Positions 8,880-17,968 of a stretch of DNA of 50,931 nucleotides are shown one piece after another (position 1 is the stretch's first letter; every line of letters begins with the position of its first letter). Location of the stretch: assembly GCA_027622665.1 (NCBI GenBank), contig JAQBYT010000031.1, positions 1 through 50,931 of the forward strand, in the 5' to 3' direction. This stretch comes from Verrucomicrobiota bacterium (GTDB lineage: Bacteria; Verrucomicrobiota; Verrucomicrobiia; Opitutales; Seribacteraceae). The notes under the pieces were generated by a model. That model was not told the origin of the DNA and ran no database searches. It worked only from the letters and a program-made list of their open reading frames with translations. The position numbers were made by a program, and so were the translations under genes.

Positions 8880-11134
8880 CGTTTTGTGAGATGAGGGTTA
8901 ATGGTTCTACAAAGAAAAGACTCGGAAGTCAAAAGGGAGACAAGGAGTTCCTGAAAGCTGCCCTGGCTTTCTACATAAACTTTGTCGGCGGTTTGCAAAG
9001 TTGCGGCATCTCCAGGAGTTTCATTTCGGCCCATATAATATCGGAAAACATATCGAATGAAGACTTGGCGAACGCGTTCTGAATCTGCCAGCTTTCGAAT
9101 CATTTCCTGAGCGTTCTCCACTGGCCCATCGATTTCAGGAATGCCGCTGCCTCGGATGTGCCCTGTTGTGACAAGTGGCAGTGCATGGTACTCTTGAAGT
9201 TTCTCGGGGCGTTTTTCACCTTTCGCGTATTTGCGATAGCTGTTTTCCTTGTTGATGGCCGCGGCTTCCATATCGAAGGACATCTCCTTTATTCTTGGTC
9301 TACCAAAGTGATCAAACGCTTCGAAAGGAAATCCCAGATCGTCGATCTTCTGATGACAGGTCCAGCATTTTGCGTCTTTGGTGATTTCCATTCGTTCTCG
9401 AAGGGTATGTTTCGGATCATCAGGCAGGACGATGACCACGCCTACTGGAACCGGAGGCACTGCATGACCCAACAGGTGCTCCCGGATCCAAAGCCCCCGA
9501 CGTACCGGGTCATTGAAGAAGTTTGAGGACCAGGCCACTAGCCAGCTCGGTTGCATGAGAATGCCAATACGATCATCTGGGAGTTCCGCTGGTTGTTCCT
9601 CGGGCCATTCTTCGAGACCGTAGGCAGCCCGGATGAAGTTCTTGCGACCATCACGGGGACGGATCTTCATGCTTGGTTTATCGAGTTCAACACGATCCCA
9701 CTTGGAACTGATGAACTTTGACATTTGTTTATTTACTGACGAGTCCTGCAGGTTCCATCTCGCCAGCTCTCCATCTCTTTTGAGCCAAACTTTGTTTACG
9801 TACGACTTGGGAGTTGTGAGGAGTTCCTTCAATACGTTCTGATCCTTCTCAAGGATGTCCAATACCAAACGGTCCGTATCCAGCACAAGTTGCTGAGGTT
9901 TGTGGACATAGTCCCTTTGCTCATCCTTACAGACATCCGGTGCCCGGTTGTATCCAAAGTATTCATGGAAAAAGCCAAGGATTCGTGGCTTGTAGATCTC
10001 AGGGTCGTTGAGAATTCTACGTACATGTTTTTCAACATCTTCCCGAGTCTTCAGTTCTCCCTTTGTCGCTGCTTCAAAGAGACCCGGCTCACGGTCTCCT
10101 GAAAAGGCGAGACTGATCGCAAAGGCGAGTTCCTTGGGCGAGAGCATCCGGACGCCTGTACGAATCTCCGAACCATTCCCCAACTCGAAGCGATGGAGAG
10201 CCTCAGCGGAAAGTAACGGTGCCATCAACATCGTCTTGGCTGCGGAGATATGATCACCAGGCGGTTTGGCACTCTTTTCGTAAAGTTCCAGCAGGGAATG
10301 TAGCTCTTCTTGAGAGGGTTCCCGAACTAGTGCTCGGCGGAAGAGTAAGAGGGCAGCAGTTTTCAATTCCTCTCGTTTGGGTTTCACTTCCGGGTGCAAA
10401 AGTGGGGCAAATTCTTCAGGAGCCAGCGGACCTCCACGCCTTGCCATGCTTACTCGAACTGGACCACCATTCTTGGGTGTGTGCAGCTTGTGGCTGGTCA
10501 TGATGTTCACCACTCTTTCTGCATTGCGAATCAGGACGTCTGTCGTGCCTTCATCCACCCAGTACAGTGCCGAGTAATCTTTGATGCCCGGATCCGTTCG
10601 TAATGCGAATGGGTGAGGGATGTTCGGAATCTGTCTTTCATCCATCTTCAACGATCGTAATAATCCGGATGAATACCCTGATGGAGACAGTCGCCAAGTT
10701 CTTGGAGGTGGTGGAATGACGGGGCCAGGATCTACCCCAAAGAGCAGGGTGTGAGGAATATGATTACCTTCATGAGGGCGAACAGGTGTAGGATCCTGAT
10801 TTGTGGATGTAGGGACTTGGGTTCCGAGGGTTTTCTCAATCCATTTGGCTACGCGATCCAAGTCTTCTAATGTGGGTTGAGGTTCATCTTCCGGAGGCAT
10901 GTCGCCCGTGCGAACCATCTCCAGGACTTTAGCAAAACGTGTACGGTCATTGCTGATTTCAACCAAGTCGTGAATGAGAAACTTGCCTTTCTTCTTTTCC
11001 GGATTGTGGCAACGGACGCAGTGTTGTTTGGAGAATGCACGGAAAAACTCCTGGCCCTTATCTCGGGCAGGCTCCGATGCAACCAGCCACGATGTGCTGG
11101 CAATCCATACTCCAAAGATGCAAATTCGGATCAT
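8876..11134 (-). CDS. Planctomycete-type two-heme cytochrome c protein (PSCyt1 + DUF1588/DUF1585-type domains)
   Basis: CVRCH...GDMPP; DPVRRGLWIREHLLG; CWTCH; LGFPFEAFDHFG; SLLTSESFL. Paralog of 5170-7434. Confidence 0.87.
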   Translation of the reverse strand: MIRICIFGVWIASTSWLVASEPARDKGQEFFRAFSKQHCVRCHNPEKKKGKFLIHDLVEISNDRTRFAKVLEMVRTGDMPPEDEPQPTLEDLDRVAKWIEKTLGTQVPTSTNQDPTPVRPHEGNHIPHTLLFGVDPGPVIPPPPRTWRLSPSGYSSGLLRSLKMDERQIPNIPHPFALRTDPGIKDYSALYWVDEGTTDVLIRNAERVVNIMTSHKLHTPKNGGPVRVSMARRGGPLAPEEFAPLLHPEVKPKREELKTAALLLFRRALVREPSQEELHSLLELYEKSAKPPGDHISAAKTMLMAPLLSAEALHRFELGNGSEIRTGVRMLSPKELAFAISLAFSGDREPGLFEAATKGELKTREDVEKHVRRILNDPEIYKPRILGFFHEYFGYNRAPDVCKDEQRDYVHKPQQLVLDTDRLVLDILEKDQNVLKELLTTPKSYVNKVWLKRDGELARWNLQDSSVNKQMSKFISSKWDRVELDKPSMKIRPRDGRKNFIRAAYGLEEWPEEQPAELPDDRIGILMQPSWLVAWSSNFFNDPVRRGLWIREHLLGHAVPPVPVGVVIVLPDDPKHTLRERMEITKDAKCWTCHQKIDDLGFPFEAFDHFGRPRIKEMSFDMEAAAINKENSYRKYAKGEKRPEKLQEYHALPLVTTGHIRGSGIPEIDGPVENAQEMIRKLADSERVRQVFIRYVFRYYMGRNETPGDAATLQTADKVYVESQGSFQELLVSLLTSESFLCRTINPHLTKR

Positions 11135-12531
11135 AGTAGCTCCGGGATTGGCTTTCCGAAGGGCAGGAGATGCTGAGGGCGGCCGGAATAGTCGGCAATA
11201 CTGGCGTTCTGATCAATGCCCAGATGTTTGTAGACGGTTGCCCACAGATCGTTGGGCGTAAGAGGACGGTCGTGCGGGTGTTCGCCCTTGGCGTTGGTGG
11301 AGCCGACCACTTGACCGTGCTCCATGCCGCCTCCGCAAACCAGCACGGACATCGCCTGCGGCCAGTGTTCGCGTCCGTGGCGCAGTCCCTTGCTGCCCGT
11401 ATCGGCTCGGCTGATTTTCGGTGAGCGACCGAACTCACCGGTTACCACCAGCAAAACTTTTTCAGTCAACCTGCGGTCGTGCAGATCCTCGATCAAGGCC
11501 GTGATGGCACGGTCGTAAATGGGGAAACGGTGACGGGCATCGACCCAGAGGTCGCAATTGACCGCATGAGAATCCCAATTGTAAAAACCGAGTTTTGGTG
11601 ACTTTACACCAGAGATAAAGGGATTCTCCATGGCCACGGTGACAAAACTAGAGCCCGCCTCGACCAATCGCCGTGCCATGAGCGCCCGCTGCCCCCAGGC
11701 ATGCATGCCATAGCGCTCACGGAGTTTTTGCGGTTCCTTCGATAAGTCGAATGCATCATGCATGCGTGGGCTGGTCAGCAAGTCGAAGGCCTTCTGTCCG
11801 AACTCATCCATTGCCTCGACCGCGCCACTGGCGTCCACCTCTCTCCGCAGCGAGTCGAAACCACCGAGAAGTTGCCTTCGATCGTCCAGGCGCTCTTCCA
11901 GTCCTTTTTCGAGGAACATATTTCGTACAGCGAAATTCGGGGAACTGGGATCTTCTCCCACCGGAAAGTAGTTGTACTTCATTCCCAAGTACGCTGCGCC
12001 CTGGGCGTATGTGTGCACCTTGGACCGCCCCCCGTTAGCCATCGTGATGCAGTTGGGCAACCCGATGTCGATGTCCTCACGCATCTTGTTGACGATCGAG
12101 ATCACCGACGGAGCGTCGTTCTTGGTACCCGTTGGCGTATCGGGAATGCGACCCGTCATGAACCGCTTGCTTCCGCCACCGTGATCATTGAAGGTGTGGG
12201 CGATACTGCGAATCAAGGTGTACTTGTCGGCGCACTTGGCGTGCATGGGGAGCAGTTCGCAAACGTCGACACCGGGTACGTTGGTGCGAATGGGACTGAA
12301 GAGGCCCCGATAATCCGAAGGGGCATCCGGCTTCATATCGTAGGTTTCCATGTGGGGAGGCCCCCCTGCGAGCCAGACGAAAATAACAGAGGTGTCGGGT
12401 GCGACTTTCGCCTTCCCTGCTTCGGCACGAAGCCGCAAAAAGTCGCTGAGCGCTAACCCGCCTACGCCAAGCGTTCCCGCCGTCAGGAAGGAACGACGGG
12501 ACAACGACTCATGGGATGTTGTTCTATTCAT
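11131..12531 (-). CDS. DUF1501 family protein, Tat-exported
   Basis: SRRSFL leader; GGPPHMETYDMKP; ARRLVEAG; WDSH; GEFGRSP; GREHWP. Confidence 0.92.
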   Translation of the reverse strand: MNRTTSHESLSRRSFLTAGTLGVGGLALSDFLRLRAEAGKAKVAPDTSVIFVWLAGGPPHMETYDMKPDAPSDYRGLFSPIRTNVPGVDVCELLPMHAKCADKYTLIRSIAHTFNDHGGGSKRFMTGRIPDTPTGTKNDAPSVISIVNKMREDIDIGLPNCITMANGGRSKVHTYAQGAAYLGMKYNYFPVGEDPSSPNFAVRNMFLEKGLEERLDDRRQLLGGFDSLRREVDASGAVEAMDEFGQKAFDLLTSPRMHDAFDLSKEPQKLRERYGMHAWGQRALMARRLVEAGSSFVTVAMENPFISGVKSPKLGFYNWDSHAVNCDLWVDARHRFPIYDRAITALIEDLHDRRLTEKVLLVVTGEFGRSPKISRADTGSKGLRHGREHWPQAMSVLVCGGGMEHGQVVGSTNAKGEHPHDRPLTPNDLWATVYKHLGIDQNASIADYSGRPQHLLPFGKPIPELL

Positions 12532-12648
12532 TACATCGCTTCTTTGATGAATTAAACTTTTACTCTCAAATAATTTATTATGAGTGAGATTTCATAGCAA
12601 AGGAAATCCTGCAGTTTCATCATGTTTTTCCCTGAACAGGCGTTAGTA

Positions 12649-12768
12649 TTACATATGCGGAATGCTATATAACAATCCAATTTGAGAGGCGGATTGACCT
12701 AAGGCACTTAGAGGAAAAGATATGACTAAACCAAGTGCACCGAACAGATTTAGGGGGTTCCAGAGCAT
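12649..12768 (-). pseudogene. Possible signal-peptide-only remnant of an exported protein gene
   Basis: MLWNPLNLFGALGLVISFPLSALGQ reads as a signal peptide but stops after 39 codons; no recognisable domain. Confidence 0.25.
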
Positions 12769-12785
12769 TCGTACTAAATGCAAGA

Positions 12786-12850
12786 TCTTTGCCTCACTTC
12801 GGCTTGTTCTTGTAGTCTTCCCTCCAAGCTTCCCACATCTTCGCGAGCTC
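12786..12850 (-). repeat. Orphan diverged copy of the 3' end of sulfatase 14345-15871 (direct repeat copy A)
   Basis: 57/65 nt identical to 14337-14401, with all 8 mismatches at third codon positions. Encodes ELAKMWEAWREDYKNKPK* versus ELAKMWEAWREDYKKKPN*. Confidence 0.93.
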
Positions 12851-12851
12851 A

Positions 12852-14333
12852 TTACTCTCCTGTTTTCAATAGCAGTGGTTGAGGATCGTGGTCAATTTCA
12901 CCTCGCTTGCGTTGACCGGAGCCGCGACGACCCTTGTCTCCAAGGTCTTTGCGCGCTTCCTCCGCAATCTTGGACAATCAGGCGACTACGTCAGGATGCT
13001 TGCCGGCCAAGTTATTAGCGCAAGCGACGTCATTCACGAGATGGAAGAGCAGGTTCTGTGGTTTGCGTTGCGCGTTGAAATGAGGGTGAGCCCGGACCGG
13101 GGTGACGGGGAGGAACAGTTTCCATGGCCCGGAGCGGACGGCTTGCAACTGTTCCTGATGATAATAATAAAAACCTTCGTAAGGAGTTTTGGTCGAATCG
13201 TTCTTAAACATCAGCGACGATACGTCATGCCCGTCGGGCTTTTGGGTTTCCGATTGGTTCGCACCGGCAAGTTTTGCGAAGGTGGGTAGCAGATCCATGG
13301 TTGTTGCCAATTCGTGGCAGACCGTACCGGCCGGGACTTTGCCCGGTTGCCAGACAAGGGTGGGAACCCTGAAGGCCCCTTCGCTTGTCGTGTAGCCCCG
13401 ACCGTGGAGCGGGCGGTTGGAACCCCGGCGGAAATCATTGGGTCCACGATTGATCGGAGCTCCGTTGTCCGAGGTCCAAATGACGAGCGTGTCCTCGGCG
13501 ATTCCCAGTTCCCGAAGTTGATCGAGCATCACGCCCATCGACCAGTCCAATTCTTCGACTGCGTCTCCCCAGGGTCCGTTCCGACTCTTCCCCTTGAACT
13601 CGGGACTTGAAAATGGTGTCGAGGTGCTGCCTGGCATGGCTTGCGGGAAGTACAGAAAGAATGGCTCATCCTTGTGTTTGGCGATCCATTCCATCGCCCG
13701 TTCGGTATAGCGCTTGGTCAGGCCATTGCGGTCGCAGGGCGCCTCGATCACGTCTTCGTTCTCCATCAACGGAAGGGGAGGCCACTTCGAGCCATCCTTC
13801 TTCCAGAATCGCTCGGTCATGTCATCCGAGTAAGGTACGCCGAAGAACCAGTCGAAGCCCTGCCGGGTCGGTAGAAACTCGGGCTGATCACCGAGATGCC
13901 ATTTGCCGACGATCGCCGTGGCGTAACCCTGCTGCTTGAGGACCTCGGCAATCGTGGTTTCATCTGGGGCAAGCCCGTACCTCGAGACCGGACGCAACAC
14001 CCACCCGTCCCGTTCGTTGAAGTGCATTCCGACCCGCTGGGAATAACAGCCTGTCATGAGGCTGGCTCTGGACGGCGTGCAAACGCCGGCAGTGACGCAA
14101 AAGTGAATGAACTTCCTCCCCTCCTTGGCCATCCTGTTCAGGTTCGGCGTGCGGTGAAGGGTTGACCCAAAGGGTTCAATGTCTCCGTAACCGAGATTGT
14201 CGCAGAAGACTACGATGAAATTCGGTTTGCGGTGAGCGGCACTTGCCGTGGCTTGGCTGGTGACGAGGCCAACGAGCAAGGTCGTGGAAAGGGTGGCGGG
14301 CAGGAAGTTCCTGACTCGGGAAGGGGAGCTCAT
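12852..14333 (-). pseudogene. Arylsulfatase (S1, formylglycine-dependent) with premature in-frame TGA at 12978-12980
   Basis: ATG 14333; PNFIVVFCDNLGYGD; CTPSRASLMTG; GKWHLG; WTSDNG. After the TGA the frame continues for 41 codons of typical C-terminus (LSKIAEEARKDLGD...) to TAA at 12852-12854. Confidence 0.85.
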
Positions 14334-14336
14334 CTG

Positions 14337-14401
14337 TCTTTGCCTCAGTTCGGCTTCTTCTTGTAGTCCTCTCTCCAGGCTTCCCACATCTTGGCAAGTT
14401 C
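14337..14401 (-). repeat. Direct repeat copy B (3' end of sulfatase 14345-15871 plus 8 nt downstream)
   Basis: 57/65 nt identical to 12786-12850. Confidence 0.93.
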
Positions 14402-15871
14402 GGTGGTTTTCTCCGGTCTTTCCTTGGCTAGGTTGTTCGTCTCGGTGGGGTCGGCCTTGAGGTCGTAGAGTTCCCACGCCTTCCCTGCCCGGACCACTTT
14501 CAAGTCGCCTTGGCGGACCGCGTTAGCCCGGCTGAAGTGCCAGTAGATTTCCTTGTGAGGTTCGCGCTCTTCGCCCTTGAATACGGGGAGGAGAGACTTG
14601 CCGAGCGGGGATTTGGTCTTATTGCCCAGGATCTTCTTGGGGTACTTCGCCCCGGTTATGTCCCGAAAGGTGGCGGAGACGTCGATGATGTGGCCGACCT
14701 GATTGGTCATGCCCGGCTTGATCACGCCCGGCCAGTGGGCGATAAAGGGTGTTCGGATGCCACCTTCGTAGTCGGTCGACTTGAACTTGCGGTAGGGCGT
14801 ATTGCTGGCATTCGCCCAGCCGACCGATACCGTACGGTAGCTCTCCACTGGTCCCGGCGGAACGTTCGGCGTGGTATTGGGTTGCTCGGGGCAGGCACCG
14901 TTGTCGGTCAGGAACATGATGAGGGTGTTGTCCCACTCGCCCAGTTCCTTGACCTTGGCAAAGAGACGTCCGAGGTTCTGGTCGACCCGGTCGATCATGG
15001 CGGCATAGACCGCCATCTTGAGATCCTCGGCATCCTTTTGCTCATCGGAAAGATCGTCCCATGCCTTGGATGCCCGGGGAGTGAGCTTATGGTTCGGCCC
15101 GATGATGCCCATCTCGTTCATCCTCTTGAAGCGTTGCTTACGGATCTCGTCCCAGCCGATCTTGTACTTGCCGCGGTACTTGGCGATGTCCTTGGGCCAG
15201 GCATGGAGAGGGTAGTGGGGAGCGGTGTAGGGAAGATAGAGGACGAAGGGCTTGTCCTCGTTCTTGTACTCGTCGAGACGGTCGATGGCGTAACTGGTGA
15301 AGGCATCGGTGTGGTAGAACTTCTTGTCCGGGCTGGTATAGCCCATGATCACCTTGTCCTCGATGGCCCAACGGCGGACGCGGGTCTTGCCTTTTCTGCC
15401 TGGAGGTCCCTCGCCGGGGCGGGCCTTGAGCCCTGGGTTGAAGAAATTACTGCACCCGTCGGCCAGTCCGTAGTAGCGGTCGAACCCACGGGTCGTGGGC
15501 AAGGGCTTCTGGTGCCACTTCCCGGAAATGAGAGTGCGGTACCCAATGGGCCGGAGGACTTCCCCGAAGGTGGCTCCGTGCTCCATGTTGTTGTCCCCAA
15601 TGGAATAGGCGTAATTGCCGGTGAGGAGCTCGGCCCGGGTGGTGTGGCACTTGGCGGTGTTGTAGAATTGGGTGAAGCGCAGACCGTCCCTGGCGAGCTT
15701 GTCGAGGTTGGGGGTCTTGACTTCCCCGCCATAGCAGCCGATGTCGGAGTAGCCCATGTCATCCACCATGATGAGGATGAAGTTGGGCCGGGTACGGTCG
15801 GGAGCGGCGTGAGTGAGGAGTGAGCCGAGCATGAGTCCGGCGAAGAGTGAGAGAAGAAAAGTGAGCTTCAT
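14345..15871 (-). CDS. Arylsulfatase (S1 family), exported
   Basis: Signal peptide; PNFILIMVDDMGYSD; variant signature CHTTRAELLTG; GKWH; TAPHYPLHA; FLTDNG; ELYDLKADPTE. Confidence 0.93.
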   Translation of the reverse strand: MKLTFLLSLFAGLMLGSLLTHAAPDRTRPNFILIMVDDMGYSDIGCYGGEVKTPNLDKLARDGLRFTQFYNTAKCHTTRAELLTGNYAYSIGDNNMEHGATFGEVLRPIGYRTLISGKWHQKPLPTTRGFDRYYGLADGCSNFFNPGLKARPGEGPPGRKGKTRVRRWAIEDKVIMGYTSPDKKFYHTDAFTSYAIDRLDEYKNEDKPFVLYLPYTAPHYPLHAWPKDIAKYRGKYKIGWDEIRKQRFKRMNEMGIIGPNHKLTPRASKAWDDLSDEQKDAEDLKMAVYAAMIDRVDQNLGRLFAKVKELGEWDNTLIMFLTDNGACPEQPNTTPNVPPGPVESYRTVSVGWANASNTPYRKFKSTDYEGGIRTPFIAHWPGVIKPGMTNQVGHIIDVSATFRDITGAKYPKKILGNKTKSPLGKSLLPVFKGEEREPHKEIYWHFSRANAVRQGDLKVVRAGKAWELYDLKADPTETNNLAKERPEKTTELAKMWEAWREDYKKKPN

Positions 15872-15929
15872 TTTTCGATTGGTTGAATGGGTTTCTCTTC
15901 CTGTAACGTCCGGGAGAACAAACGGGTCT

Positions 15930-17324
15930 CTATTGCTTTCCCTTTTTCTTGGGCTTCTTCTTGGGCTTTTCCAGTTTGGCTCGCACTTGCTTGCTGACGC
16001 CCGAGAGGCGGGTCTTGGCTAGCCGGGCGAGGGTGCCCTCGAACTGTTCCTTGATGGAGCGCTCGTCCTTCGACAGGGCGGAATCCTCCAGTTGCTTCCC
16101 ATCGAAGTGGCCCTTGTAACGAGTAAGGTTGGCCTCGCTTCCGTCTGTCTTTGCGACGAGAGAGTACTTTTTGTCGCGAACCATGACTCGCCCCCGGTAC
16201 CAGATGTAAATCATGTCCTTCTTGCGGGTTTCCGCTTTGTTTTGAAGCACGGGGACGATGCTTGCGCCGTCGGCGGGATGGTTCTTCGGCAGTTTGGCGC
16301 CGGTGACTTCGCAGAGGGTGGGGAACATGTCGGTGAACTCGACGAGATCGTCCACTATCCGGCCGGGTTTCTTGATGCCCTCCGGCCAGTTAGCGATGAG
16401 AGGCACGCGCGTTCCGGTATCCGTCATGCTGCCTTTGCCTCCCACGACCTTGGTACCGTTCCAAGGGGTGACGATCGGCTTGTCGGTGCCATTATCTCCG
16501 GTGAAGATGATAAGGGTGTTGTCACGCACGCCTGACTTCTCGAGTTGGGCGACGATCTGACCGACGGCTTTGTCGGCGTAGGCCACCATGTCCACGAAGT
16601 GGCGCTGAGGATCGTTTTGATCGCCCTTGTAGGTGGTGGATCCGAGTCGCTTCGGATCCCAATCGGTGGAGTCCGGTGTGGGGTCAAAAGGGCAGTGGGA
16701 AAGGATCATCGGGTAGTAGACGAGGAAGGGCTTCTTCTTGTTCGTGTCGATGAATTCACAGATGAAGTCGGTGCAGACTTGGGGGCCATACTCGCCATTT
16801 GTGTACTCCTTTTCTTTCCCGTTGAATTCGAGCAACGGGTTGACGAAACGGCGGTCGATGGTCTTGCCGCCCGACTTCGAACGGCCGCCGCGAGTATGTT
16901 GCCAAAGACAGGATTTTTCGAATCCAAAGTGCTGTGGCGCATCCTTCTCCTTGCCCAATTGCCACTTGCCGGCGATCGCGGTTGCGTAACCGGACGCCTT
17001 GAGTTGATGAGCAAAGGTGGTCTGCCCACGATCCAGCATGCCGAACTTGACGTAATTGCGGACGTTGTACTGACCAGTCATGATCTTTGCCCTAGAGGGG
17101 GTGCAGATCGGGTTGGAGAAACAGTTTGTGAAACGGATGCCTTCCTTGGCCAATTTGTCAAGGTTCGGGGACTTGCAGGATTCGCTGCCGTTGGAGGACA
17201 AGGCTTCATAGCCCATGTCGTCGGCCATGATGAGAATGACGTTGGGGCGCTCGGCGGCGTCGACGCCGTTTGACCCGAAGGCCCAAGCCAAAGAAAGAAA
17301 GAGTATGTGCGTAATGTTTTTCAT
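15930..17324 (-). CDS. Sulfatase (S1 family), exported
   Basis: ATG 17324 (MKNITHILFL signal peptide); PNVILIMADDMGYE; CTPSRAKIMTG; GKWQLG; FTGDNG. Confidence 0.93.
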   Translation of the reverse strand: MKNITHILFLSLAWAFGSNGVDAAERPNVILIMADDMGYEALSSNGSESCKSPNLDKLAKEGIRFTNCFSNPICTPSRAKIMTGQYNVRNYVKFGMLDRGQTTFAHQLKASGYATAIAGKWQLGKEKDAPQHFGFEKSCLWQHTRGGRSKSGGKTIDRRFVNPLLEFNGKEKEYTNGEYGPQVCTDFICEFIDTNKKKPFLVYYPMILSHCPFDPTPDSTDWDPKRLGSTTYKGDQNDPQRHFVDMVAYADKAVGQIVAQLEKSGVRDNTLIIFTGDNGTDKPIVTPWNGTKVVGGKGSMTDTGTRVPLIANWPEGIKKPGRIVDDLVEFTDMFPTLCEVTGAKLPKNHPADGASIVPVLQNKAETRKKDMIYIWYRGRVMVRDKKYSLVAKTDGSEANLTRYKGHFDGKQLEDSALSKDERSIKEQFEGTLARLAKTRLSGVSKQVRAKLEKPKKKPKKKGKQ

Positions 17325-17376
17325 GAAGGTTATGAGTCGTAGGTATCTAGAGCTCGATCTTTGGGGAGTCAGCAAC

Positions 17377-17850
17377 TTATTCCATACTTTTCTGAATTTT
17401 GCGGTAGAGAAAAGAGTCGCTCTTTAGAGTGAGATGATGAGCGACTTCATGCTGCTTCCGCTTTTGACATCGGCCTGATCGGCCCGGCGGAGGGTGGAGG
17501 CGTCGCGGAGTGTTTCGTTACGACCCATGAAGTAGCGGAAGGCGTGGCGGACGAAAACTTGTCGGACGCGTGGTGAGTCGGCCAACCTGTGAAGTATGGC
17601 CACCGCATCGGGTACTTCGGCGTCGAGTCCGCGTACCCCGCTGTTGGTGATTGCTCGCGTGGTGTCTACCGGCTTGCCCAGTTCCTTGGTCCGCCAACGG
17701 CCAAAATGGTCGAACATTTCGAAAGGCAGACCGGCCGGATTGGTGTTCTGGTGGCACTTCCAACAATAAGCCTCTTCGGTTACCTTCATTTTTTCGCGGA
17801 GGGTGAGGGTCTCGTCATTTGAGAGCTGAGCGTCCACGGTGAGGGCGCTT
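17377..17850 (-). pseudogene. C-terminal remnant of a DUF1588-type cytochrome gene
   Basis: TVDAQL..TLREKM..CWKCH..GLPFEMFDHFG..RVRQVFVRHAFRYFMGRNETL aligns with the C-termini of 5170-7434 and 8876-11134. The 5' part is absent, and a frameshift near 17425 puts SDSFLYRKIQKSME* in another frame. Confidence 0.9.
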
Positions 17851-17968
17851 AAACGGCAAGTTTGATTTGAACTTGGGATCAAGCGATTCGCAGGCTCATC
17901 CTTTTGAGGATGTGCATGAAGCATAGGAGTTAGTTCCGATCGGTAGCAGAGCGCAACCGGTCGAATCG

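Noticed and set aside
12978..12980. Selenocysteine or programmed readthrough at the sulfatase TGA
   Set aside because: The position is a non-catalytic helix where Arg (CGA) fits; a point mutation is simpler.
1..14401. Diversity-generating retroelement, suggested by FGE/CLec-fold domains and a near-identical repeat pair
   Set aside because: No reverse transcriptase is present and I saw no template copy of any FGE 3' end. The 65-bp repeat belongs to a sulfatase and differs at wobble positions, including G/C changes, not specifically at adenines.
17888..17901. 14-bp inverted match to 41599-41612 (GGATGAGCCTGCGA), considered as element ends
   Set aside because: Several 14-mer matches are expected by chance in 51 kb; the match does not extend and there is no target-site duplication or transposase.
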